Positions 25,515 to 40,051 of a stretch of DNA of 55,751 nucleotides are shown in pieces. Made by a program: the position numbers and the translations under genes. This stretch comes from Toensbergia leucococca (taxonomy: Eukaryota), in assembly GCA_022813965.1 (NCBI GenBank), contig JALDZS010000066.1:62001-117751 (forward strand). The letters are read 5' to 3'. The notes beneath the pieces were generated by a model that saw nothing but the letters and a program-made list of their open reading frames with translations, did not search any database and was not told where the DNA came from. Positions within the stretch are counted from its first letter, which is position 1; each line of letters begins with the position of its first letter.

Positions 25515-28500
25515 TCACGCGTTGTACCCTAATTCTCGTAGTGCCTCATCACGAACACTGAGAGGAATAGTAGCGACAAACGCCGCGAAAGCACCCGCTA
25601 CGCCTCCGGCCACACCCACGATGACCCCAGAGATGAATCTTCCAACACCTCGAGAGGTTTTGGCCGTTGTCTTGACTCTCTTTTTCGCGGGGCCTTGAAC
25701 CTCGCTAACCATAGCAGAGTCAATACTCTGGGCTGTGGCTATCATCGAATTGTAAGGGGAGTCTTGCGATACGTTTGGCAACATTATCTCACCCCTGGCC
25801 TGCGCGTCAGGAAGTACGGAGTCCTGGCTATTCTCCTGAGCACAGGGGACTTGTGATGACGTAGGGAAGAGAATGTCGTGCTCTCCAATGGTTGACATGG
25901 CGCTCGCCTTCCTTTTCAAAACTCGAGTTGTGTCAGCGTGAGGGTTCACGAGATCGGAAATGTTGACTTTCGAAGGTTTAGACGCACTGCCCCTCTCAGG
26001 GGCTTGTAAGCTCACACAATCACTGACAGTTTCTGCACCAACTGCTGAGGTATCAGGGACAGGGCTATCTTCAGTGACATTTGGGTTCCCGATGACTGAG
26101 GTTGGACGCTGGATTTGGCGGTGCTGGCTATAGAAAATGCATTCACGAATGGCCGAAGCACTTGGAGCAGATTGCTGTTGATGCAGTTTTGGTGACACAT
26201 GGGAAATTTCGTCGGGCTTAAGCCGAACGGCGAAGGGCCCATCTTCGTACCGAGGAATGTCAGAATCTGGAAGATTTTCAAGGGAATGAGCTTGACTATA
26301 GGCATCGCTCGGGATAGGAATCCCAAAAATTTGCGGTAGTGCAGCTGGAGTGCTCGCCAGTCCACGTGCTCTCAAGGCTCCGTTCTGATCGATAGCTAAT
26401 GTTGAGTAGTAATCTCGAGAAGACATTGAGTTGTTGAGGGACGAAGTCTGGGACTTGATGCGCTCGAGTTGCGTTGAAACGGGCTTTTTGGCCAACGCTG
26501 CATCCGATGGACTAGGAGCTCGCTGGATGGGTAATGCGATATCATTGAGACTGTCTGGTCGACTAACGTCAAGGAATCCATTCGAACCATTCATAGCTTC
26601 CATGAATGAATCATGATGCTGACTTTCTTTCACCATGACTGCATATTCTGCAGAATTCAGGTTTTCGTCTAACTCGAGGGTCGTATGTGGGAAAATCCTC
26701 AGCTCTGAGTCAGTGGACGTACCCCTTGGACGATCATGGCGATGGGAGAAAAATTCATCTGCAAAGTCGTCGTCGTCGTCAGTACTATCATATTGGTCTG
26801 TCGACTCGCTATCAAGCTTTCGCAACGGTGTTTCTAAGCTAATGTTGTCCATGTCTTCGGCTCCTGTTTCCTCATCCTGCTCAAATTCGCTGTCGTAAGG
26901 GTCGATATCGGCTTCAGGGTCATCAACATCACTGTCTGAGACCACATGTCTGTCATCGCGTTCCTCGATATAAGACGACGTCTGCGAAGAATGGCCAAAC
27001 ATCAAAGGTTCAGTGGAAAGAGGGGAGACTTTCTCTGCGGTAGCAGGCCCACTGTTGTTGTGTCCAGTCTGAACCCTATCAGCGGCAGGAATGCCAGGTT
27101 CTTGGATCCCGACATTTTCGTTTTGGAGGTTCTCTTTGGCAAGAGTAGCTTCTTCCTTATTGGTCACCTTGACAAAAGTAATAGCAGAATCTTGGTCATG
27201 AATGTTCTCTATGGTGGGATACCCTGAGATAGCCCTGAAAAGCTCCAAGCCACGTGAGAGAGATACTTCGGGGAGATGAGATTGATTCTGACCGGTGTAT
27301 AAGCTGTGCTCATGGATGCGTGTAGTTGCCTCGGGCTCTTCATTGAAATGATTGTCGCTCGATGGTGGCCTGTTTGGCTGGTTGATAGGTAGGATATCTG
27401 GGCCTTCGTCCTCGCTGTCACTAGAGATAATCTCCTCCATACGGCCTGACTCATCCTCGACTTCAATAGGGTTCAGTTGTGATGCTCCAACGCTTCCCTC
27501 GACTTGAGATATCTTGTTGAGCTTTGTCTTGTCAATATTGGCAAGTTCTGGGCCTCCACGGTGTAGACGAATAGAAGGGGCCTCCACTAGATACCTCGTT
27601 ACTAATTTCTGACGCGGGCCAGCTTTGCAAGAGTGGGCTGTGGGGGACGAACCTTTCTCTTCGATTCCTTGAGCTCGCGTACATGTCAATTCTTCCAGCT
27701 CAAAGTCATCCGAATCGAGGCCGTCATCAGATGAAGGTACCGAAAATGTTCGAGGCTGTCGATCCATGATTTGTACAGACGGTTCCCGTGAGCGAACTTC
27801 TGACGAATCGGAATCTTCTTCGGGTCCTTCATCAGGCACACGAAATGCATTGCTTACGACCTCTGGAGACTTCAATTTGTAAAAGCTGAGGGGTGGAGCC
27901 AGAGGTAAAGAAGGGGCGCTGCAATTTGGGAATATCAGCAAGCAACCTTGAGGCTCTAGAACATGTGACAGACCTCCAGTTTCGCCACCAGAAGGCTACG
28001 CTGAATTCTCGAGCCGGGTAAGTGACTGCAGGTATCAGATTAGTGCCTTTTCGATTTTGATTCACAACATTATATCCAAGGCGTCATCTGTTCTCGCGAG
28101 GGTATTTGCAACATACATGTTCCACTTGTGACTTTTTGCCCGAAGGTGATTTTATCCCCATTACTGATATCGTTGGGGTTTCCAGGCTCTAGTAGACGGC
28201 CTCCGATGAATGTACCGTGGGTGGAGCTGTTATCTTGAAGTTGTATTGCCTAAGGACTATTTAAGCATCGGGTATGAACGTCGGAGTATCTCAACTAACT
28301 CTGTTAGGATGTAAGGCCAAGTTAAATTTGGCATGCTCCCTTGACATTATAGGACTTTCAAACCAAGCATTGTTTTTACCAGCGGTGAGACCTTTGGTGG
28401 CATTTTTGGATGCTCTGCCGATGGTGATATGAGTCTTGGTAGGATTTAAAATGAGCGTCCTTGGTTGAGGGTCATGTAGAGAGTCCAGGGGAGTCAAAAT

Positions 28501-28653
28501 AATGACAGCTATGCAGTACTAGTCAGCATGGTAATGAATCTTGCAGGTGATATCTTGGCATGTCCAGAACAAGGCCACATGGACTAGCGCTATATGCCGA
28601 TGCACTTCTCAAAGTAATTGCTAGCAGCAGATCATACCTTCGAGATCCTCCAT
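25515..28653 (-). CDS. FHA-domain protein with a long acidic disordered middle and a C-terminal transmembrane anchor, ~5 exons
   Basis: Exon 1 ATG GAG GAT CTC GAA G|GTATGA at 28653. Spliced FHA signature ITIGRASK...NAWFESPIMSREHA...LQDNSSTHGTFI...NGDKITFG, then VTYPAREF. The large last exon ends FISGVIVGVAGGVAGAFAAFVATIP. Confidence 0.82.
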
Positions 28654-29357
28654 GGCGATGCGGAGCCAGGAAGTAGAAGAGAGAGGTCAAGGCTGCTGCG
28701 TCGAGAGTTTTGAGGTAGTTGATAGCCCACGAGGCCCGAATATGAATCAGATCTGCTAATCCGTAATGCAACTGATACAGAGACCGTAGGTTCCGCTTGT
28801 GGTTGTTACTCGAGTGAATGAGGCGCTTGCTAATGTGGCAAAGCGATCATGCCATAGCATAAGGTGTGGTGACTTCGAGTGTCGACAGATGCAATGAGGA
28901 GTGAAGCTGCAACGAGGCAGCAGCTGGCCTTGCTTGCGTTAGTGCGGGGTAGATGTCTACACTTCCGATCTGGAACTAAATAGATTAATCGATAAGGAAC
29001 CTATCTGTACGATTCACTTTTATGATCGCTCTAGGTACGCTCTTTCCTGGAGAATTTTTGAGTAGGAATCCGTACAGCCTTACGACTCCTTCTACGCATG
29101 CTCTAATCGCAATCATCCGACGTATGACTTTTTGATAAGTCCACCGCTTGATACAAGACATATCGGTTGTCTTTACATGCTACATAAATATGGGGAGTAC
29201 TACATTAGAGCCACGTCGGTTCTCTTTCAGATTTTTGATACATCCGCAGGTACTAGACAGCATCTTGCTTGATCGATCGTTTGGAAACAGCATTTGGTGA
29301 GTCACTCAATATAAAGTACTACAAGAGTAATCCAATTTCCCCACATTCTGTAGAATC

Positions 29358-30934
<1,577 letters not shown>

Positions 30935-31618
30935 TTTGTGCCAACGCTGACTGCAAAGCACTGTGGCGGCAATGAAGGATCACGGGTAGAGTTGTGTGAC
31001 AAGGATTTTGACCCCGCGACCTGATGCAAGCAAGCGATTGACGATAAGCGCAGAGGCAGGTGGTTGAAGCTTACGTTCCTGTTCAACAGGACTCGAAGAT
31101 GATGAAGAATGACCGTTCCGGACTCTCGAGGAAGCGTTAGGGACCTGCCTTTATGACGCCGAGCTGACTTGGGTAATTTAGCTATCTTTGTCGTCAGCTG
31201 CAAAGGTTATCGCTTAGAATGAGTGGTATTAAGGTAGCTGAGGGGGGTTTGCATTCACACCAATCAGCGAGCAGGCTAAGGTATGACGGGCGTTTAATGT
31301 TCAGCCCTCGAGGGCTGAGAGCTATCCCATAGGGCAAGCCCATAAAGAAAGGTACTTCCAATCTATCACGGTACAACTCCACACTACTCGCACACTACAC
31401 ATTCACATGCCTTGAAGAATGAAGTTCTAGAAAAGGAGCAAGCTTGCTCTACGTCAGAAGGGCGGTCAAAGGTCCATGTGTGCAAAGTATTAGGGCTAAT
31501 TGACCGCTGTCAGAGTCCACGTAATATTATTTCTTGTCTACACAAAGAATGTTCACAAACAGTGGGGGCATAGCTTACTTCGCTTCTATTTATTTTAATT
31601 CGAATTTCTTCAATCAAA

Positions 31619-33500
31619 TTAAGCAGGCATTGCGGCCCCGTCACCTCTCGGATCGCTTCCAGCACTGTAAATAATTCTTTTGCCTTCCTCGTAGCATCTA
31701 ATGATCTGACCACGGCCGAACAGTCCCCGACTGAAACCGGTAACCATCTGCACCTCATGGCCTAAATCTTCCAATTCCTGCGCCACGTCCTTACTAATGC
31801 CTTCCTCGAGATAAACTGTCCGGTCAAGCTTTTTGCCCTTTTCTGGTGTTCCCGCACTAATGCAAATCCTGGGTGCATCGAGAGCGGCTTGTGGATCACA
31901 ATTAAAAACGAGCATGTTGAGAAGAACTTGAACATGCCCTTGTGGCTGCATGAATCCACCCATCACACCGTATACAGTATGCAACGTATGGTCCTTGGCA
32001 TTGGTGATCATTGCAGGGATGATGGTATGATACGGTCTCTTATTCGGAGCAACGACATTTGGATGCCCTGGAAGGAGCACGAAATTCGCTCCCCGGTTCT
32101 GCAGCGTAAACCCGCAGCCTTTAGGGATGATGCATGTGCCAAATCCACCATAGTTACTATTGATGAAAGAGATGCCATTCCCATATCTGTCAGTGATGGC
32201 AAAATACACAGTATCACAGTAATTGTGGGCTGGCGATCCGTGGTGGACGACATCCAAGGCTTTCTTTGGATCAAACAATTTGGCACGCTCCGCTAGATAG
32301 CGACGAGAAATCATATCTTTTGTAGGGACTTTTTCGACGTCTGGATCGGTTACCCACCAATTTGCATCTGCAAAAGCGATACGAAGCGACTCGATTATAG
32401 CATGAAGATACTCGGCACAATTGTGTTCTCCTTCCTTGAATGCCCGAAGCTTTCCGGATCGTTCAAGCTCTTCCAGTATACCCAAAGACATGAGCGCAAC
32501 AATACCTTGGCCATTTGGAGGATGTTCCCAGACCTCTACACCGGAGTCTTCGCGTGCCTCGCTCGAGTCGTCGTCACCCGAATGTTTTGGGAGCTTTTTA
32601 GCATTTAGCCCATCGAATCTGAGTGAAATGGCGTCGACTTCCTGGCTGCCGCGGTCGGCATGCTTTTTTAGGTCGTCTAATGTCAGATGGCCACCAAGGT
32701 CCTGTACAACTTTTATCAGGGCATGTGCTACTGGGCCTTCATAGAAACCCTTTTTGCGATCCTTTGCGAGCAATCTAAAAGTGTTTGCTAGGGTTGGATT
32801 CCAGAAGAGCTCGCCCGGGAAAGGGGCTCTTTTGCCATCTTGCGCTTTGCTGTCTGATTTCAACATTTCGCCGAAGTTGGGGGAGGCATTGCGTATCAGA
32901 TCTTCACTAGACCGCCACTGCAAACAATCACCATCGGAAACCCCCTCGAGGATCTCCAATACTTACGAAGTATGACGCTAGCTCAGAGACTGGAAACCCT
33001 TGTTCCCCGAGTTCAATTGCGGGAGTCAAGATCTGTTCAAGAGACAAGTTCCCACTTCCAAACTTTTCTATAGTATCAACCCAGCCGGCTGCAGCACCAG
33101 GCACTGTGATGGAATGTACACTTGTCATTGGAATTGTTCCCGTCCTTCCCTCCTTAATCCCAAGGTCTTTACGCATACCTTCCAAGGTCGTGTTTGCAGA
33201 TGATCTACCGGATCCGTTCAAAGCATGAACTTTTTTAGTCTTCGCATTGTAAAAAAGACAGAACATGTCACCCCCAATGCCAGTAGAAGAAGGCTCAGTC
33301 ATGTTTAATGCTGCTGCAACAGCCACAGCTGCATCTGCGGCATTTCCACCGGCTCTGAGAACTCTTTGACCTGCCTGAGCAGCCAGAGGTTGGGTACATG
33401 CCACTATACCATTGGTACTATGTACAACGCTTCGGCGACTGGCAAAGGGCATGAACTCGGCCGCTGAGGATGGGAAGACGTCTTTGGCGTGGAGAGACAT
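31619..33500 (-). CDS. Gamma-glutamyltranspeptidase family protein (Ntn hydrolase, no signal peptide), 2 exons
   Basis: [34 protein letters not shown], nucleophile [37 protein letters not shown]. Intron GTAAGT..TTGCAG at about 32965-32917. Confidence 0.93.
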
Positions 33501-33975
33501 AGCGGGCGAATGCTTTCTAGCTCATAGAATCGTGGGAAAGTAACTCAATTGCGCTGTGGGCGAACGAGATGAAGGAGCTTCTGTTACTCGTAAAGGAGGG
33601 GTAGTTCACAACCACGTGAATGAAGCTTCGATACTTAAGTAGAGGTTGACTGTTGGTGCTGTTGGCACGGTGGCAAGTCATTCGTCCATATCTATGGTTG
33701 TAGGTACTTGTACGAGTAGGTCAGGTAAACGCGCAACCCCACCCTACACCTTAGAATACCATACAACATTTCCGAGGGAATCGTTGAGGGTTATAGATTG
33801 AGCCTTGTATCCGAAAACATTTCAATTACTGAACCAAATCAGGACATCACCCACACTGAGATGCTCAAAAGACGTCTTTGATTGTGCTGCATGAAATATT
33901 ACATGGTACCATTCTCGAGGTCAATAGATATCCATACGTGGATCCTTACCATATGGTACACTATCAAATATAATA

Positions 33976-34476
33976 GGGTATTGATACCTGGACACCCCCC
34001 CAACCCCCGCCTCGGGGGCAAGATCACCGAGGATTCTGCACCACATTTTGCCTTGATTCCCCCAGCACTTTTGCATGCCATTTACCTCATGATTCGCGTG
34101 TCATTTAGGAGGCTTTTTACCTAAGAGAAAAAGCATGCTTTTGTACCGAGTTCTAAGTCGATTCCCCCACACCCGGGCGCAAAAACGTCGTAATTTTCAT
34201 GTAAGAGGTGGATCAGGAAATGGATCACAAAGTGAGGTGATTAAGGTAGGCAGGCAGATAGGTAGGGAAGCGATGATGTAGGTAGGTAGGCGAGAGTCAG
34301 ATTTGAGTGCAAACCCACGTAGGTGCCTCAGGTAGTACTGCTATTGAATGGCATGTGAATTGAGAGGTAGACAACATGCAAAAGTGGTGGGGGAATCAAG
34401 GCAAAATGTGGTGCAGAATCCTCGGTGATCTTGCCCCCGAGGCGGGGGTTGGGGGGATGTCCAGGTATCAATACCC
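33976..34476. mobile_element. MITE / non-autonomous DNA transposon, 501 bp, with 102-bp terminal inverted repeats
   Basis: Left arm 33976-34077 (GGGTATTGATACCTGGACA...CACTTTTGCATG) is the reverse complement of 34375-34476 with 2 mismatches, and degenerate pairing continues ~28 bp inward. Flanks ATATAATA (33968-33975) and ATAAAATA (34477-34484) form a 7/8 target-site duplication. No transposase ORF. Confidence 0.88.
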
Positions 34477-34587
34477 ATAAAATACAGGTAATATTCTATA
34501 CGAAGCGGAGCGAAGATATTCAACAGCGCTTGACCGATTTGAGGGTCGACGTATGCATGTGAGCCCAGGTCCGACACCAAGACCTTC

Positions 34588-35969
34588 ATGAGGCGTAAGT
34601 GCATACTTACAACGCGCTGGACAAGCCCACCTAACTATCCTCGATCTCGAAAATGGATTACTTCCCGTCCTCAAAGCACCGGTAGTCTCTAGTTACCCTC
34701 ATTTTGGGGAATCCGCGCTGATTCGTTGTGCACAGGCACTTCTTCCCTACCATCTATTTCTCCAAGGTTGCTAGGGAGAGCTCATTCGATAGCAATTGAG
34801 CACGCAGGATTGTCAGATCAACTTTCAAAAGCTTTTGATTCACAGACGGCTAGAAAGGTGGGGGAGCTGTCTAATGTCGTAACAGCATTGAAACAGTGGG
34901 AATTCGCCAGCAAAGTACGTTCTAACTTTACATAAAGTTGCTCGTTCCACTAACCATTTTGTGACAGTCATCTACTGAATTGCTGCAACTGCTCCAAGAT
35001 CCTTCTACCGACGCGGAATTACGATCCCTTGCAGCAGAAGAACTCGAATCAACTTCTAATGGCCTTATTTCCTCGGCGAACGCGCTTAAGACAAGCTTGA
35101 TTCCTGTGCATCCGTTTGCCAATTTTTCATGTCTGTTGGAGATTCGACCAGGCGCAGGTGGCTCGGAGGCTGCACTGTTCGCTGGCGATTTGCTGCGCAT
35201 GTACCAAGCTTTCTGCAAACGTCACAACCTCCGTTCGACTATACTTAAGCTTGAAGATGCAAAGACTACGGGCACTGGATCCGACAATGAGATTCAAGAA
35301 GTGGTCTTGGAGATTGAACGTGAGGGTGCTTACGGCTTGCTAAGGTGTGAAGCAGGAGTACACCGAGTGCAACGTGTGCCTACTACGGAGACTAAAGGAC
35401 GAACTCATACTAGTGCAGTTTCGGTGTTAATCTTGCCTAATTTCCCGAGCGATGGGAAAGAAGAACTTGGGCAGGACAGTTTCAATGATCCTGGGAGTGA
35501 TTATTATATAGAGCCCAAGGATGTGAGAACTGATGTTATGCGTGCAAGGGGCGCAGGGGGCCAGCATGTCAATACCACTGATTCAGCTGTCCGACTTACA
35601 CATTTGCCCACCAATACCGTAGTTGCTATGCAGGACTCGAGATCGCAGCCGAAGAACCGCGAAAAGGCTTGGCGCTTGTTACGAGCCAAAATAGCGCAAG
35701 CGCGGCGTGAAGCTCGAGAAGAAGAGAAGGCACGAATGAGGGTTAACGTCGTTGGGGTTGGAAAAATGGGCAGGGGCGATAAGATTCGAACCTACAATTG
35801 GAGCCAGCAAAGAGTCACGGATCATCGTAGTGGAATCACTCTACATCACCTTGATGACATTATCCAAGGTGGAGACAGCCTCGATAAGGTGATGGATAGT
35901 GTGCGAATTTGGCTTTCTGACCGAGATCTTGAATCCTTGATCGCCGATGAAGATGCAGCTGTGACCTGA
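34588..35969 (+). CDS. MRF1: Mitochondrial peptide chain release factor 1, 3 exons
   Basis: Arg-rich, acid-free presequence MRRKCILTTRW. Introns 34682-34735 and 34915-34967. Motifs EIRPGAGGSEA, GVHRVQRVPTTE (PxT), GAGGQHVN and IRTYN. Confidence 0.92.
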
Positions 35970-36871
35970 AATGCATATACAAGAACACAGAGAAACACAT
36001 TATAGCAAATGCACGTTCACAAATGTCAAAATCTTCTAATCCTCCTGGTCATCGCTGACGGAGGCTTTCTCCGAAGTTGAGGGCGAGATGGCTAAGAGTT
36101 CGAGACGATCCCATTGGGAGTTTCGTGTATCCAAAGCATATTCAAATATATTGCCAGGTTCCGTGGAGATGGTTTAGAGGCTACGATTTTGCACGTGCTC
36201 TTGAACCAAGCCGTGCTTGAAAGCATCCTTCCAAGCAGCCTCTATCAACCTCTCCAATGCTTCATTAAGCCACTCATTGCTGTGTTTTCCTTTGACACCA
36301 CGTTATCACTCTTCCAAAAATCATCCAGATAGGCTGCCGCGCATTTCACGCCTGCATCATTTGCAAAAAATTTTTCGATGTATTTCAGGTATTGAGAACC
36401 GATTGTACTTAAGTGTATTGATTGTCTTCATGACCCGGTAATATGTCCTTTAGGATATTCGCCTTCTTCTTGTCGTTACGAGGTATAGCGTTGACCACCT
36501 TTCCCTACCCCATCTTAACTCGTGTGTCAGGATGGCTCTTGGTTCTCTGGGCTTCGCGTTCTTGGTAAGGCGTCTCGATTTGGCAAGGAAGAAAAGCCTA
36601 CAAGATCAAGAAAACAGGTGTGATCGATGGAAGGATCATCTGACGAGGAAGAAACTTTGGTGTCCAAAAAAAACCACTGGATATGTGGTCTATTCGAAGA
36701 AAAGAAAGTGGAACTCCTTCTGGCAAGACCTCTCCTTACAATTTCGAGTCATTTAATTTGAAAACATACACCTCGACGCATACATCTCATGCACTCACAT
36801 CACCAGCCCTAAATCATACGCACGCGCCCCAAAACCAAAAACGAAGTAGCCCCACATCCCTCATTTACTCC

Positions 36872-37285
36872 TCACATCCGCCCCTGCCACCCGCGCTCCA
36901 ACCTCGCCAAACTCATAAACCCATCCACGACTGCCAACGGCTCCCCGACCGCCACCTCTCCATCCAACCACGACACCCCCGCAAAAGCCCCCCTCATCAG
37001 CAAATCCAACATACCCCGTATCCTCGGATCCTCCGCCCCGGCTCTCCGCATCTGGTGCATCCATTCCGGCTTCGCTTCGATAAGGAAGGCTCGCATTCCC
37101 CAAATGTCGTTGGCGTCGAGGTTGAGGGTGACGAAGTTTGAGTTGAGGATGTTGGCGCATTGGTGGGCGCAGTAAGGGGTAGCGAGGTCGAGGACGGCGA
37201 CGCTGGCGAGTAGGATGATGGGGTGGGAGGTTAGATTTGGGGTGTGGGGAGGAGGTTGGGTGTAGATGAATCTTGTTGGTGGCAT
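36872..37285 (-). CDS. Hypothetical 137-aa protein
   Basis: ATG 37285 in a CAAAACATG context (MPPTRFIYTQ...GWQGRM*). Protein-like composition and the same C-rich to G-rich codon gradient as neighbouring genes. No family recognised. Confidence 0.5.
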   Translation of the reverse strand: MPPTRFIYTQPPPHTPNLTSHPIILLASVAVLDLATPYCAHQCANILNSNFVTLNLDANDIWGMRAFLIEAKPEWMHQMRRAGAEDPRIRGMLDLLMRGAFAGVSWLDGEVAVGEPLAVVDGFMSLARLERGWQGRM

Positions 37286-38272
37286 GTTTTGTTGTGCGTG
37301 TGTTTTTTTACGCTTTTCCTGGAATCGAAAGATGATGGAAGTGGAGGAGGGAGAAGAGGTTTCTGTTACGCATATTAAGTACACTTGCCTCTTCGACATC
37401 AACAACACGGAACTCGACTCACACCCAGAACATTCACGTTGTTGAACTCGACAAAAGACTCTCAGCGATGACCCTCTTCAACACATTCACACCCCTCCCC
37501 CCCGGCTTCCCTGACTACCCCCTTCTCAAGGTAATCCCCAACGCTAACAAGACAGTCACCTAGGGCTAAGGCGTTGGAACGAAAAAAAAACACACAAAAC
37601 CCAGGTTTCCCCCCCCCCTTTTGGTTGCTGGGAAAAAACAAGAACAAAAAAAGACAAAGAGGCAAGGAACAACAAACAGAAGCTTTGTTCAGAGTCGGTG
37701 TTTCGGGGCGATGTGGGCAACAAGACAAGGAATCCTCCACCCCACATCCCCCCTTTCCCCAGGGTTTCTATCCCCAAAGATCCTTCGCCCCAAGAAGATC
37801 CTTTCCCCCCCCCTCCTTCCCCCCCAAAAAAACAACAAAATACACGGTCCTTTTCCAACAAGGCCGAGGCGTATTTGTAGGCGGAATAAGAATGATCGCC
37901 GAGAGGCATGGTAGTAGTAGGAAACAGGGAAAAGGGGGAAAAGAGATCTTTTCAATTGCGATGAGGTTAGATGAGGACTGAGTGAGTTGAGGAGAGGGTG
38001 CTTGAGGGGAAAATTGCCGCCTATTCCCTTGCCTGATGTTTTTGAAGACGGGGTTACGATGGCGGATAAACACCATAATCGAAAAGGACAAAGAAAAAGG
38101 TGTACGAAAACCCTCAAGAGAGCGTAAGGATATTACCCTGATTTTTTTCCAAGGTAAAATATCTATACAGTCGGAACACACATACCCATAAAAGCTATTT
38201 ACAATCACCACCCTCGCACTCCATCACCCCAACCTCTTCCCAGGCGCAACGAATCCAAATCTGCTTTCTCTA

Positions 38273-40051
38273 TCACATAGTAAAATTCCCAGTCTGCGTA
38301 GTAAAATCCCCCATCTGCGTCAAACTCTCGATCCTACCCAGTAGGAACTCGAGCTGTCGGTACGCGGCACTGGGCGCATATTGAGGTATCACTGTCCCAA
38401 AACCAATCAACAAGCCAGCCTTCATGGGAAGAAGAGTACACCGACAGGGGAAAAAAGTTGGAGAAACTTACTATGGCCGCTCAAACTAACCTCCACAAAC
38501 GTTAGACCACGCTCTGTGTGCGTCGTTCCGAACACGCCAGCGCCAGCTAATGTGCCGAGGTTGAGCTCGCTGTGGTAGGGTACAAAGAACTCATCCGAAG
38601 GCTTGGTTTGGAAGCCCTGAGCACCGTTCCAGGTCATATTTTGAATCATGAGAAGGGTGCCATTGGCGATGAGAATGAAGTCTAGCATACCGTGACCAAT
38701 GACAGTTTTATTAAGTCGTTCGATCACGCTCGGCAGGACAGACAAGCCGCTTGGTAGGGAGTTGTCTGTGTTGTTTACAAAGACATATATATTGCTACAT
38801 TCTGCCCAGTTGGTGGGCGGGGCGTTGATGGCAGCTTGAACGTCGCTGCGATTGAAATAAAGGTCCGCGCCTGGTGGGGTATAATAGAAAGACCCAGGGA
38901 AGCCGAGCACATCCCAGAGGAGGGGGCACGTAGTAGCGACCTGGTATGGATCCCAGCAGGGGTTAATGAGCAATGCGGCGTTGTAGATGGCGTCCCAGAC
39001 GTCGCAGCTGTCGTCAGTGCTGTCAGACGGGGGCGACGGAAGAGGGCCGGTGGGGGGAAAGGCAAGATACTCGTTCAGAAAAGAGGTGTAACCGCAAGAG
39101 TCCGCAGTTTCGTGAATGTAAGTTGTGAAGGTAGAGTTTAGAGAGAAGAGAGGCGCCCAGTAGTCGACAAAAGCGACGGCAGGGACTATTCATGGCGTTA
39201 GCATGCTGGGTGGTTTGGTGTGTACAATTACTGACTCTCTTGCTGGACTGCATCTGTGCTGGTGCTCGGATCGTACATCAGGATTGCTTCCACATTGTAG
39301 TGGTCCGTGTCGTTGGAGTTCAACATAGCATCTGCAATGTAGGGAATATAGGCTCCTGCGTAGCTTTCCCCAGTGATATAGACCTTCCGACCCTGTAAGC
39401 CGAAGGTGTCGACAAAGTTCTTAAAGAAGCCCAAGAACTGAGCAGCAACATCGGTTTCACTTGTGGCAGTGGGGACTCCTTGTGAAAAGCCTGTGCCCAC
39501 AGGCTGCTCAACCCAGACCATATTTGTGAGGTTGACCCAGGTATATTGGTTCTTGACAGGCGCGAAAGTGCCATACTGCCAAAGAAAGGGACCGTTTTCC
39601 TGTAAGAGGCCTTCTAGAGAACTACAACCTGGGCCCCCGTTGAGCCATATGGTGATTTCATCGGCTGCATCAGGATTTTCTGAAGGGAAAAACCAGAAAT
39701 AGAGCTCTCGTGTCTCGTTGGCATTCGAGGAAATGGGTAGAAGACCAGCGTAAGATTCACCAATGTCAAAGCTCACATCCGGGATACCAGTGCCATCAAC
39801 GGAAAACTCTGCAACAGCGATCAGAGAACGCTCCGAAACAGACAAGATCCAGGATGTTACATACTTGTAGTATTGGCATTGAGGTATGATGGAGCACGCT
39901 TCTCATAGTAGTGGGCTTCTCCTGGGACAAACGCCCTTTTCCCTGGAGGTTTTGGTGTAGAGTAGGGCAAGCTTTTACCAACATGCTGTGGGCTCCTAGC
40001 TGTCACAAAGCAGGAAGCTGCAAGCACACTGATGTAACTGAATAGATGCAT
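38273..40051 (-). CDS. Secreted serine carboxypeptidase, family S10 (CpdS/PepF-like), 4 exons
   Basis: Signal peptide [38 protein letters not shown], catalytic GESYAG, GHGMLDF, and SGH spliced to [19 protein letters not shown]. Confidence 0.93.

Noticed and set aside
33882..34604. Short ORFs with similar peptides on opposite strands
   Set aside because: They are translations of the two MITE inverted repeats, not genes.
37462..38211. Several overlapping 90-150-aa ORFs on both strands
   Set aside because: By-product of stop-poor homopolymer-rich sequence.
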